17,834 bases of DNA from Acaryochloris thomasi RCC1774 (GCF_003231495.1 NZ_PQWO01000045.1:1-17834), one strand, 5' to 3'; shown: positions 7,199-16,065, numbered from the stretch's first letter. Made by a program: numbers and translations. The notes: generated by a model from the sequence alone, not told the origin.

Positions 7199-10100
7199 AT
7201 GGATTCTGGCCGTTCCGCTCAGCTTTCTCTGAGGATTCAGTTAAACCATCCCGCTCTGTTGAAGGGGCTGGATGTGTGGCTACAGCTAGGGTTAATCTCA
7301 GATTCACAAGTCCGCAATTTTTGCCTGCAAAACTTGACTTGTGCTCTCTTAACAACCTCACTGAGCAAGGAGACGACCATTGCGCATCAGGTTGGACAGT
7401 TGGAGGCTCCGATTCCCCCATCTAGCGATTCACCGAGGGTACCGGCTCCTCAGATATCTTCCCCTCCCCAACAGCAAGGAACAGATTGGCTGACACACAT
7501 TCTACAGTCCCTGATGGCAGAGCTAAGTGTTTTATGGCTGTTGCTGTTGGGCGTTTTTATGGTGGTGGTGTCCTCTGGGGTGTTAGCTGCGACCCAATGG
7601 CGCTATCTAGTACCCGCAGGTCAGTATGGTTTGCTGCTGGCTTATACCCTGGTTTTCGCTGCCGTGGCCTATGGGCTAGAGCGTCGTCCTCAGCTACAGC
7701 TCACAGCTCGAATGCTGCAAGTGACGACACTGCTGCTCATCCCGGTTAATTTTTGGATGATGGATCAGCTCAACCTGTTCAGAAGTGGTGGGGGTTGGTT
7801 GGTGGCAGCACTCTCAGCCCTGACCCTAACCGGAATTCTCGGGGTGCTACTGCGCTTGAGTCGAGGGTCTCTCTCCACCTCATTAATCCGGATTACCACC
7901 GTCAATATTGTCGGGTTGAGCTGGTTGCACTGGGGATGGGAACAACCAGGTTGGCCCTGGTTTGCGACCTATGGGGGTATGCTAGCGACCTGCATAGCAC
8001 TTACCTATGAAGACAATATTCAGGAACAGGGAGGCGCTGTCGCTTCGGAAGAGGCCGAGGACTCATTACCTTCGCTCTTGGGATGGATGCAGCCAAGCCG
8101 GATTGCTGTGATAGGTGGACTACTGCTGCTCTTGTTCCGAGCTATTGTGGTGGCCCAGATCCCGATATCAAAGATGGGATTGGCAATTGCGCTGGGCGGC
8201 TGGTTATTGTGCTGGTTAAGCCGCCGCTCTCTTCAGCCTTGGTTTTGGTTAGGGGTGGGACTGCTGATCATGGGTCGCTGGGCAGCACTGGCAATTCCAG
8301 GACAGGCATTGGCCATTAGTGTCTTAGCTCTATGGATCTTTGGGGAACGCCTGAGGCGTCGGTCAAAGGTTTTAGATCTAGTCTGTCTCTTTTTCATTGG
8401 TCTTCAAACGTGTTGGCCTCTAACTCATCTCGTGTCGGCAGGGCTGCGGCAGCAGGTGGTATCCACAGCGATTGAATGGGCACCCACCGAGGTGGGAATG
8501 CCAATGGCTCTCTGGGGAGTTGGGTTATTCCCATACTGTCTGTTGACTCTTTGGCTGGGGTCAAAACTACGGCAGCGGTCATCGGGTCAATTGACTGAGA
8601 CAGCAGAAGGCTTGGCCTTAGGAATGGGATTGATTTTGACGATCATCAGCTTCTTAAATCCCTTGACGCGATCGCTCAACCTGATTTTGTCTGCCCTCAC
8701 GCTCAGTTGGGTTGTTTGCCGACGACCTCAGGCGCGATCATTCCTGCTCTATTTGACCCAATTCGCAGGTCTCTCGGCTATCTTCGCAAACATTGACTTC
8801 GGTTTTCCTCGCCTTAGTCTGGCAGTTTGGGCCAGCATTTGTCTTGGAGCCATGATGGCAGAGTGGGTCGTTAGCGGTTGGGTCAGAGCATCAAGGTGGC
8901 AGGAAAGTGCTTGGAATCTAGGTCTCGGGTTAGCTGCGGTCAGCTATGTTCTCTGGAGTAGCGAGAATATGATTTGGCGGGTGTCATGGCTGATGACGCC
9001 CGTGATGCTGACTCTTTTAGGAACTCGGTCTGGCTTTCAAAGACCAAAACTAGCGGCTGGCCTAGGCATGGCCACGCTGGTGGTTGCTCAACCCCTCACC
9101 TTTGCTTGGACCACACCGCGTCTGTTGGGGTTGGCGGGCAGCACAGTACTTACGTTTTTCAATACTCGGACGCTAAAGCATCCATTGGCAGGTGGGTTGA
9201 CCATTGGCTTTGGCCTCAGCTTTGTCTACGCAGCTCTCTGGGAACTCCGCCAAGGGCAGATCTCTTTGGGATTATTCTCAAACTGGGTAGCCGCGACGGC
9301 TCTGTTGCTGTGGCTCTTACATGGCGAACTGCAGCGGCGCGGGTTGGGACGCTGGTACATCAAAGCCCTGAGTCGATGGGCCTGGGGTCTCAATACGCTC
9401 AATCTGTTGGGAATGAACCTCTGCTTGGGCTTGCTCTACAGCGGCTGGGATACGCTGGGCCCTAGCCCTCAATATCTCATCGGAGCAACGGGGCTAGCGA
9501 CGCTTGCCATCAGCTATCACAGTTGGCAAAATCCTTCTGAGAGCAGTCGGTTTCAGGTTGCTGTGAGCCTAGAGGTCTTGATGGCCAGTTTGCTTCTTCT
9601 GCGAAATGCTTCAATCATAGAATTAGCGATTGCTAACTTAGCTCTTGGCATCCTGAGTCTGGGCATTGGGAAGCTATGGAGGCGGCAGAACGACAGACCA
9701 TACTGGGCCAGTGAAAAACTCATTCCTCTCCTCTACGGCAGTTTAGGATGGGTCTTTGGCCACAGCAGCTTTTCCGCCACTACCGGAATCTATACCCTGA
9801 TCTTCAGCCTGATCGCTATTGGCGTCAGCCGACGGCAGGTCAGTTTCAAGGGCATGTCCTATCTGGCGATCGCCGGTCTGAGCTGGGGCGCCTATGAGCT
9901 CTTGATCTATCAACTGCTGCAGGCCATTGGCGGGCGGGTGGCCGATGGCTGGCTGATGTTTGCAGTCTTGGGCACGGTGATTGCCTACAGTGAATACGTC
10001 TTGGCCCCCTGGCTAGCACGCTATGTGAAGCTCTCGGTTAAGGAATTACAGATTATCGCGCATCTTCACTGGACCGCGGCCAGTGGGTTGGCTTTCTTAG

Positions 10101-11008
10101 CGTTGGTTGCCGAATTGAGTACTGGTGGGGAGCCGCTATGGATTGGGGTGACCAGTGGCTTAGCCTGCTATGCCTTTATCCAGGGACGCAGGCGCGAGGG
10201 CTGGATCTATGCAGGCATCCTAGAGACAATTGCAGCCCTCGGCTATGGGCTGTATCTTACGGTTCCCATGCCGTTCTTGCAGCACTGGGGAGCAGCAATT
10301 GCCTGCCTCTTAGCGGCTGGCGTTTATCGATTGCCCTGGTCTACATGGGGCTGGCCTAGAAGACCGTGGAGACAGACGGCCTTCGCTCTGCCTCTAGTAG
10401 CGACTTTAACAACTGCTAACGCTATCCTTATTCCCACCCTCCTGATTGCGGGGGCTTTCTATGCCTGGTTAGCAATGCAGGAACGTCGTCCTCAATTGAG
10501 CTATCTCAGCATATTCTTCGCGGACTGGGCCATCTGGCGGTTGCTTGATATCTACCAACTCCAGGGACAGTTTGCAATCGCCTGTCTTGTGGGAGGCTCC
10601 CTTCTGTATATCGCTCAGATTGATCCTGTCTTTAAAACTGACACAACCCGCAACCAGCGCCATCTGCTAAGGACGATGGCCACGAGCTTGATGTGTTTGA
10701 GTGCGCTGGCTGAATCTGATGCTCAGCTACTATGGGGATTTGCCGCTGCTGGCTGTTTTCTGTTGTTGGTTCTATCAGGTCTAATCCTGCGGGTACGAGC
10801 CTTTGCCTATGTGGGCAGCCTATTTTTCGTCCTCAAGGTGGGGCGTCAGCTCTGGCTATTCGTTGCCGATCAGTCGTTTTTGCTCTGGGCCATAGGGATT
10901 GTTGTGGGGCTGCTGTTCATATGGGTGGCAGCTACCTTTGAGGCCCGGCGATCTCAAATGACGGCACTCCTAAATTATTGGGTTGATGAACTGAGAACGT
11001 GGGCATAG
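7199..11008 (+). CDS. Very large polytopic integral membrane protein (1269 aa), function unknown
   Basis: A single uninterrupted ORF. The soluble N-terminus is about 95 aa (LLKGLDVWLQLGLISDSQV, reminiscent of DUF2157-type N-termini) and ends in a Pro/Ser-rich linker (PIPPSSDSPRVPAPQISSPPQQQ). After that come dozens of hydrophobic helices rich in L, W, G and A, separated by short Arg-rich loops. It is visibly more GC-rich than the neighbouring lipoxygenase gene. No catalytic motif was recognised. Confidence 0.8.
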   Translation: MDSGRSAQLSLRIQLNHPALLKGLDVWLQLGLISDSQVRNFCLQNLTCALLTTSLSKETTIAHQVGQLEAPIPPSSDSPRVPAPQISSPPQQQGTDWLTHILQSLMAELSVLWLLLLGVFMVVVSSGVLAATQWRYLVPAGQYGLLLAYTLVFAAVAYGLERRPQLQLTARMLQVTTLLLIPVNFWMMDQLNLFRSGGGWLVAALSALTLTGILGVLLRLSRGSLSTSLIRITTVNIVGLSWLHWGWEQPGWPWFATYGGMLATCIALTYEDNIQEQGGAVASEEAEDSLPSLLGWMQPSRIAVIGGLLLLLFRAIVVAQIPISKMGLAIALGGWLLCWLSRRSLQPWFWLGVGLLIMGRWAALAIPGQALAISVLALWIFGERLRRRSKVLDLVCLFFIGLQTCWPLTHLVSAGLRQQVVSTAIEWAPTEVGMPMALWGVGLFPYCLLTLWLGSKLRQRSSGQLTETAEGLALGMGLILTIISFLNPLTRSLNLILSALTLSWVVCRRPQARSFLLYLTQFAGLSAIFANIDFGFPRLSLAVWASICLGAMMAEWVVSGWVRASRWQESAWNLGLGLAAVSYVLWSSENMIWRVSWLMTPVMLTLLGTRSGFQRPKLAAGLGMATLVVAQPLTFAWTTPRLLGLAGSTVLTFFNTRTLKHPLAGGLTIGFGLSFVYAALWELRQGQISLGLFSNWVAATALLLWLLHGELQRRGLGRWYIKALSRWAWGLNTLNLLGMNLCLGLLYSGWDTLGPSPQYLIGATGLATLAISYHSWQNPSESSRFQVAVSLEVLMASLLLLRNASIIELAIANLALGILSLGIGKLWRRQNDRPYWASEKLIPLLYGSLGWVFGHSSFSATTGIYTLIFSLIAIGVSRRQVSFKGMSYLAIAGLSWGAYELLIYQLLQAIGGRVADGWLMFAVLGTVIAYSEYVLAPWLARYVKLSVKELQIIAHLHWTAASGLAFLALVAELSTGGEPLWIGVTSGLACYAFIQGRRREGWIYAGILETIAALGYGLYLTVPMPFLQHWGAAIACLLAAGVYRLPWSTWGWPRRPWRQTAFALPLVATLTTANAILIPTLLIAGAFYAWLAMQERRPQLSYLSIFFADWAIWRLLDIYQLQGQFAIACLVGGSLLYIAQIDPVFKTDTTRNQRHLLRTMATSLMCLSALAESDAQLLWGFAAAGCFLLLVLSGLILRVRAFAYVGSLFFVLKVGRQLWLFVADQSFLLWAIGIVVGLLFIWVAATFEARRSQMTALLNYWVDELRTWA
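8668..8675. repeat. HIP1 octamer GCGATCGC
   Basis: Exact match, inside the large membrane protein gene. Confidence 0.95.
9866..9873. repeat. HIP1 octamer GCGATCGC
   Basis: Exact match, inside the large membrane protein gene. Confidence 0.95.
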
Positions 11009-11087
11009 TCACCAGGGATAAAGAAATGCGACGAAGGGGGCATAGAATTTAAGGTCAATCAAGGGCATTCAAGCTCGGGATAAAGCA

Positions 11088-12080
11088 GTGGCAAAGCGAA
11101 AAAACGATATCGAGACAGTCCTCTCACAACTAGACCAATTGGCTGATGCTCCCCCTGATGATGAGACATGGTTTGGGTTGCGTCGGGGACTATTGAGCAA
11201 GCATGGTGTTGTTATAGGCAAAGCGGCGAAGATTGCGGCCCAATTGGAATGGAAAGATGGCATTCCTGACATGCTCAAAGCTTACGAACGGCTGAGCAAC
11301 AATGGAGCGAATGTTGATCCGGGCTGTATAGGAAAGGCGAATATCATTAAGGCTTTGCGACGTTTGAAAGCCTATGAACCAACCACTTACATACGGGGCA
11401 TCAGGTACAAACAGTTTGAGGCAGTCTGGGGTGGCAAAGAAGACCGGGCCGCTCAACTCAGAGCTGAATGCGCGTTGGCACTGGCTGAAACTGGATATTC
11501 TGATGCCCTACTCTACATTGCCGACCTATTGGCGGACCCAGAGACCGAAGCTAGAGCAGGGGCGGCGCAAGCGCTAAGCTGCTTTTCAGGAACAACGCCC
11601 ATTGCTTTGCTTCGATTGAGAGCACTCAGTGGCGAACAGAATGTCAGGGTTCTAGAAGAAATTTTCTCGGTCTTATTTGCCCTTTCTGGTCCCACTACTA
11701 ATCCTGAGGAGAAAGACGAAACGGTACGGTTCGTGGCTCAGTTTCTAGAGTCTTCTGATGTTGATGTAGTATCTGTTGCAGCGATTACCTTGGGATCTTC
11801 ACGGCGACTGTCAGCTTTCAATGCACTGCGAGAATTCGCAGAGAACATTCTCGACGAAGAACGACTGAGGATTTCGTTCGAGGCCATCGCCATTCTGCGG
11901 TTGCCAGAAGCATTTGACTATGTTGTGGATACTATTTCCCGTGGCAGTGAGTTAGAGGCGCGTCTTGCCGAACAAGCCATGTCGATCTACCGCGATGATG
12001 AACGGCTCTGGGAACGCGTAGAAACAGCCCGTGCAGACAGAAAAGGAGAAGATGGTTTGAGCTTTTTGTTTGATGATTAG
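11088..12080 (+). CDS. HEAT/ARM-like helical repeat protein, function unknown
   Basis: 330-aa ORF with a GTG start; there is no in-frame ATG until about codon 62. HEAT_PBS-like units are present (LLADPETEARAGAAQALS, ESSDVDVVSVAAITLGSS, plus regularly spaced amphipathic helices). It starts 79 nt after the membrane protein gene. Confidence 0.65.
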   Translation: MAKRKNDIETVLSQLDQLADAPPDDETWFGLRRGLLSKHGVVIGKAAKIAAQLEWKDGIPDMLKAYERLSNNGANVDPGCIGKANIIKALRRLKAYEPTTYIRGIRYKQFEAVWGGKEDRAAQLRAECALALAETGYSDALLYIADLLADPETEARAGAAQALSCFSGTTPIALLRLRALSGEQNVRVLEEIFSVLFALSGPTTNPEEKDETVRFVAQFLESSDVDVVSVAAITLGSSRRLSAFNALREFAENILDEERLRISFEAIAILRLPEAFDYVVDTISRGSELEARLAEQAMSIYRDDERLWERVETARADRKGEDGLSFLFDD

Positions 12081-12087
12081 CGATCGC
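12080..12087. repeat. HIP1 octamer GCGATCGC
   Basis: Exact match that overlaps the last base of the HEAT-protein stop codon. Confidence 0.95.
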
Positions 12088-12136
12088 TCACATCTGCCCC
12101 AGTTAATTGTAGAAGCAATACTTTTTGAGATTCAGT

Positions 12137-12499
12137 ATGTCCAATCGTTCTCCGTTTGTTGATCAAGTGGTTGCCCATCTCAATCGGGTTACGCCTGTGA
12201 CGGCCCGGTTCATGTTTGGCGGCTATGGCCTCTTTGTAGAAAGTGTGATGATCGCCTTGATTGCGGATGATGTTCTCTATTTCAAGGTCGATGACCAGAA
12301 CCGAGAGGACTACATTGCAGCAGGCTCGGAACCTTTCACCTACCACGGCAAAGGTAAACCCATCCAAATGTCCTACTATCGGCTTCCGGGTGAGGTCTTT
12401 GATAATCTAGAACAGCTCGTGCAGTGGGTAGAGGCGGCCCAGGCTGCTGCTGCCCGGTCAAAGTCCAAGTCTAAAAGCAAGCGGAAAAAATCGTCGTAG
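12137..12499 (+). CDS. TfoX N-terminal domain protein (Sxy/TfoX_N-only family)
   Basis: The track ORF starts at a TTG at 12125; I prefer the ATG at 12137 (MSNRS...). The TfoX_N pattern is present: ARFMFGGYGLFVESVMIALIADDVLYFKVDD...PFTY...GKPIQMSYYRLPGEVFDNLEQLVQWVEAA. The protein has a C-terminal KSKSKSKRKKSS tail and lacks the TfoX C-terminal HhH domain. Confidence 0.8.
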   Translation: MSNRSPFVDQVVAHLNRVTPVTARFMFGGYGLFVESVMIALIADDVLYFKVDDQNREDYIAAGSEPFTYHGKGKPIQMSYYRLPGEVFDNLEQLVQWVEAAQAAAARSKSKSKSKRKKSS

Positions 12500-12905
12500 A
12501 GGAAAGGTTGATAAAGGCTCTTCAGCAATAGCAACAGCCATACAGGTCGGCTAGGCTTGCTAATTTGTGTCCAATCCCTTTCGGTAATGGTTACCTTTTC
12601 GAGAGCCACGCTGGGCTAATGCGGGGGGTACGACAGCCCAATTGCTGCCATCCTAGCCTCGATATTTTGAGTGGCAAGTACAGCTCTAGAGATTTACTAA
12701 ACCACCAATAAGCGCTGGAGTTACAGGAGAATTGCAGTTGCGGCCACAGGTTTGCGGCAGGCTTAGATGATGCGTTCGTAGATGCGATGGTCTCTCACCA
12801 GGCCCCGGCGGTATCCTTGTCAAAATTGTAAGGGTGAATTGACCACACCTGGCTGCCAGAAGATACATATGAAGATTTATTGAACCCTTGAGAAACAGGG
12901 CGTTA

Positions 12906-12921
12906 GCTACTGATAAGTAGC
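12906..12921. promoter_or_regulatory. Short dyad GCTACT-gata-AGTAGC upstream of the S8 peptidase gene
   Basis: Two exact 6-bp inverted arms with a 4-nt spacer, about 60 nt upstream of the ATG at 12980, where the DNA becomes AT-rich. It could be an operator or a small RNA hairpin. There is no further support. Confidence 0.2.
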
Positions 12922-12979
12922 AGTATCCATATACACTTCAATCAAAAAAACCTCAATATACGGATCTGTAGGTATTTCT

Positions 12980-14779
12980 ATGCCGAACATGAAAGCTACC
13001 ATAGCTCAGCAGTGCGCTCCAGTCTTTGAAGGGTTTGCTATCGAGACTAGTACGTCAAGCAAGCCGCAAGATGTGCAGCAGTTGATTTACAAACATTTCA
13101 AAATAGAATTTACAGTCCAGGCTTACGGTCATCAGTCAACAAACTTTGATCTGATTGCTGAAGAATTTAACCCAACCGTTCGAGAAGCTTGGGAAATGGC
13201 ATACGACATGGACGAACTCTCAGAAATTGCGTGTGTGGAACCGCTCTTTGCCGCTGTGGTTGAAGGGCGACCTGATTGGATTGAAGATATTGAACTACCC
13301 AACGAGGAAGACAGCGAGGATTTTACCCGAGAATATCGCTCTGTTCTCGGAACCGGATCAGATGAACATTTACCTGAAAGCCAAGATCTGGAGTGGGCAT
13401 TGAAGGAAATGAGAGTATTCCAAGCCTGGGAACGCTTTTTCCCAGGCCACATTCAGAAGCCACCAGGTCAAAAAATTATCATTGGACACCCAGATACAGG
13501 ATATAGACAACACCCTGAAATTAAAGACAACTTACTAATCGAGCAGGGATACGACTTCATTGATGGAGAAACTCACTCAGACCCCCTAGATGAATTAGAA
13601 GAACCTTTTGGGGTCATCATCCCAAACCCTGGGCATGGTACTTCCGCAGCCAGCGTCATTGTCAGTCCCAGAGGCGGTGCAGATTGTCTCTTCGTGACGG
13701 GAGTTGCCCCAGGTGCAGCGCTGATTCCTTACCGCACTACCTATTCGGTCGTCCTCTGGCCCCAAAGCGTACTCAACCTCGCACGATCCATTGAACGCGC
13801 TGTAAAAGATCAGGCAGATGTTATTTCAGTCAGCATGGGAGCAGTACAGTCATCTGGACGGTTAAGACAGGCCGTTCGTGAAGCACAATCTCAAGGCGTA
13901 ATTGTGCTCGGAGCCGCAGGTAATTACATCCCGTGGGTTGCCCCTCCAGCATCGATTGATGAGGTCATCTCGGTTGCGGCTAGCAATGCCAAACAGGAAA
14001 TCTGGCAAGGCTCTATCAGCAGGATTGGCGAGGTAGATGTTTCGGCACCCGGAGAATCTGTTTGGAGAGCACGGGCGATCAAAAACGATCAGGGCCAAGT
14101 GAAGTTCCCTGTTGAGCGAGGAAGCGGGACAACGTTCTCTGTGGCTCTAACGGCAGGTGTGGCAGCTTTGTGGTTGGACTACCACGGCGGTAGGCAAGCG
14201 TTAGCTCAAAGACTAGGTGGGAGTGATAATCTTGCGAAGATCCCAACACTCTTCAAGAAAATCTTAAAAGCTAACTGTAGGAAAATTGACAATTGGGATA
14301 CTCGTCGAGGCGGAGTGGGTATCGTCAACGCTGAGGATACTCTCTCCGCAAGGCTTGAAGAGTATATCGATGATGTTGCTATGCCCGATACCTCAATGCA
14401 AGAAGTTGGATTCAGAAACAGTGAAGCTTTACGAGAATTACGGGAGCTATTTGGACAAAGCCCGTCATTTACCGATGAATCCAAACCGAAAACATTGTCA
14501 GACACGTTAGATTCACAGCTATCGGAGCTTCTCAACGTCTCTCCGGAAGAACTACCGAATACTTTATCCAAGTTCGGGCAGGAGCTAGCGTTCCGTTTTT
14601 CTACAAACCCAGATTCCTATAAAGCATTCGCTAAAACCCTCACAAGCAATGGTGAAGTTATACTCAATAGTGAGACATCTATGACTAATTTGGATGGTAT
14701 CAAAGAGTGTCGTAGCTCACTCTTATCTAAAGACATGTCAAGGCAGCTAACGAAACAGATGTCTAAACAAGTATTTTAG
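12980..14779 (+). CDS. Subtilisin-like (MEROPS S8) peptidase homologue, leaderless, with long N- and C-terminal extensions and a non-canonical Ser motif
   Basis: 599-aa ORF. The Asp motif is IIIGHPDTGY (Asp172 at 13493..13495). The His motif is NPGHGTSAAS (His219 at 13634..13636). The oxyanion Asn is in LGAAGNY (Asn315 at 13922..13924). The Ser-motif region is GSGTTFSVALTAGVAAL, with Thr385 (ACG, 14132..14134) at the position aligned to the subtilisin GTS serine and Ser387 (14138..14140) two residues later. There is no N-terminal signal peptide. About 165 aa precede the catalytic domain and about 170 aa of polar, low-complexity sequence follow it. Confidence 0.88.
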   Translation: MPNMKATIAQQCAPVFEGFAIETSTSSKPQDVQQLIYKHFKIEFTVQAYGHQSTNFDLIAEEFNPTVREAWEMAYDMDELSEIACVEPLFAAVVEGRPDWIEDIELPNEEDSEDFTREYRSVLGTGSDEHLPESQDLEWALKEMRVFQAWERFFPGHIQKPPGQKIIIGHPDTGYRQHPEIKDNLLIEQGYDFIDGETHSDPLDELEEPFGVIIPNPGHGTSAASVIVSPRGGADCLFVTGVAPGAALIPYRTTYSVVLWPQSVLNLARSIERAVKDQADVISVSMGAVQSSGRLRQAVREAQSQGVIVLGAAGNYIPWVAPPASIDEVISVAASNAKQEIWQGSISRIGEVDVSAPGESVWRARAIKNDQGQVKFPVERGSGTTFSVALTAGVAALWLDYHGGRQALAQRLGGSDNLAKIPTLFKKILKANCRKIDNWDTRRGGVGIVNAEDTLSARLEEYIDDVAMPDTSMQEVGFRNSEALRELRELFGQSPSFTDESKPKTLSDTLDSQLSELLNVSPEELPNTLSKFGQELAFRFSTNPDSYKAFAKTLTSNGEVILNSETSMTNLDGIKECRSSLLSKDMSRQLTKQMSKQVF

Positions 14780-14814
14780 ATTCAGCTCTAGTTGAAGGGA
14801 CAAGGAAAGGGTTG

Positions 14815-15222
14815 TTAACCCTCACACCCAACTCCATCCCTATTGCCGTCAAACCGATGTGGGTCAGCACCCACTACCCGGAACCGGCGATGACTGATAT
14901 CCCCACAGTCGAGGTCTGGTGGAGCCGATGGAATGCACACATCAGGATAGGAGCGATCGCATCCAGCTCGAGAAGGACCAGATGCTTCGGGAATAGCCAC
15001 AGTGGGCTGCTGAACGACGGAGCGTTTTCGTCGACGGTAATCCCACGGCATGATCGGATCAGTCTGCGACCAAAAGGCCAACCGACGTTGACGAGCGCTC
15101 TGCTCTGCTGCTGCGTATTTGCATAGCTTCGGCATCAGTTGCGTGTACTTCGGCACCCCCTTCTCAGAGTGTTCATCAGTGCCATGAAAACAGGCAATGT
15201 GGGTATGTTGGCATGTCAGTCC
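14815..15222 (-). pseudogene. 5'-truncated thermonuclease (SNase)-family remnant with a C-terminal Excalibur-type Ca-binding domain
   Basis: The track ORF 14815..15156 begins at a GTG, and the frame stays open upstream to a stop at 15223..15225. AAAEQSARQRRLAFWSQTDPIMPWDYRR matches the last helix and C-terminus of SNase homologues (AE..AR..R.GLW...P..PW.YR). CDRSYPDVCIPSAPPDLDCGDISHRRFRVVGADPHRFDGNRDGVGCE matches the Excalibur DxDxDGxxCE domain. The catalytic OB-fold core of about 100 aa is missing, and the break lies at the IS21 edge. Confidence 0.65.
14953..14960. repeat. HIP1 octamer GCGATCGC
   Basis: Exact match, inside the nuclease remnant. Confidence 0.95.
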
Positions 15223-15268
15223 CTAGATAGGCAATATGAGCATTGCCCAGTGAGATCGTAAATTGTCA

Positions 15269-16039
15269 TCAAGTCGTCTTCTCCGCTGGACTATCCTCCT
15301 GCTTTTCATTGATCATTGAACTGGTGAGTTTCCGCATCGACTCACCTTTGAGCATCACTCGAACCGAATCATGGACAATGCGGTCGAGGATGGCATCAGC
15401 GAGGGTGGGTTCTTCAATCTTTTGATGCCACTGCTTGATGGGCAATTGGGTGGCAAACAAACACGACGCCCGTCGATAGCGTTCATCAAGGAAGTCAAGT
15501 ATTTCCCTTGCATCATGGTCACTAAGCGGATCTCTGAGCCATTCATCGAGAACAATCAAATTAAAAGCTGCCAGTTGCTTTCTGAATTTCGGGAACGACC
15601 CATCGACCTTAGCCATTTTGAGCTGGCAGATTAAATCTGCTGTTTTGAAATAGCGCACTGTCATCCCCTGCTTACAGAGATGCTCAGCTAAAACACAACT
15701 GAGAAAGGTTTTGCCCACCCCTGTCGGTCCAATGAGCATCAAGTTGAGATGTTTGCTAAGCCATTGCCCCTGCGTCCACTGTAGGAAGTGAGCCTTATTC
15801 AACCCTCGCTTGACCTGGAAATCAACATCATCGAGGGCCGCATTAGTGAACAATCGAGCTTGTTTGAGCCGCCGATGCATCCGCTGGTTTTGGCGTCTGA
15901 GATATTCGCTTTCGACCAGCAGGGCCAAGCGTTCATCAAAGGAGAGATCTTGATAGGTCGGCTGTGCCTGTTGTTGTTGCCATGCCTCTAGCAATCCGTT
16001 GAGTCTGAGATATTGGAGTTGTTCTATGGTTTGTTGCAT
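15269..16039 (-). CDS. istB: IS21-family helper ATPase IstB
   Basis: 256 aa. Walker A is LIGPTGVGKTFL and Walker B is LIVLDEW. The IstB-type N-terminus is LRLNGLLEAWQQQ...LSFDERLALLVESE. The gene starts 26 nt after the istA stop. Confidence 0.92.
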   Translation of the reverse strand: MQQTIEQLQYLRLNGLLEAWQQQQAQPTYQDLSFDERLALLVESEYLRRQNQRMHRRLKQARLFTNAALDDVDFQVKRGLNKAHFLQWTQGQWLSKHLNLMLIGPTGVGKTFLSCVLAEHLCKQGMTVRYFKTADLICQLKMAKVDGSFPKFRKQLAAFNLIVLDEWLRDPLSDHDAREILDFLDERYRRASCLFATQLPIKQWHQKIEEPTLADAILDRIVHDSVRVMLKGESMRKLTSSMINEKQEDSPAEKTT

Positions 16040-16065
16040 CGTTACTAAAAGGAGGAAAGGGACGC

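Noticed and set aside
7176-10941. Many 60-160-aa ORFs (7176..7421 minus strand, 7486..7749, 7753..8010, 8083..8319, 8394..8582, 8974..9465, 10138..10359, 10469..10663, 10732..10941)
   Set aside because: All are nested in alternative frames of the uninterrupted 1269-aa membrane protein ORF. GC-rich genes generate such shadow ORFs, and the translations are Arg/Gly/Ala-rich with no motifs.
12458-12496. Repetitive AAG/TCN run
   Set aside because: It encodes the in-frame KSKSKSKRKKSS tail of the TfoX_N protein, so it is a low-complexity coding tail and not a satellite or CRISPR-like repeat.
11069-12868. ORFs 11069..11278, 11190..11456, 11374..11577, 11513..11695, 12077..12367, 12376..12609 and 12686..12868
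   Set aside because: The first six overlap the HEAT or TfoX_N genes on the opposite strand or in another frame. The last lies in the spacer but has no start context, no motifs and an unlikely composition (MYLLAARCGQ...).
12980-14779. S8 peptidase as part of a cyanobactin (PatA/PatG), lanthipeptide (LanP) or ietAS system
   Set aside because: The window contains no precursor peptide, heterocyclase, LanM/LanB/LanC or DUF-type macrocyclase partner. The only AAA-type ATPase nearby is IstB, which belongs to the IS21. ietAS remains only an analogy.
14808-14822. Hairpin AGGGTT-gtt-AACCCT between the convergent S8 and nuclease ORFs, considered as a bidirectional terminator
   Set aside because: The stem is only 6 bp with a 3-nt loop and has no flanking T or A runs. 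It overlaps the nuclease stop codon. The evidence is too weak to call.
13132-15126. ORFs 13132..13452, 13155..13403, 13862..14098, 14206..14571, 14286..14510 and 14812..15126
   Set aside because: They are nested within or antisense to the S8 peptidase gene or the nuclease remnant, and none has a recognisable domain.
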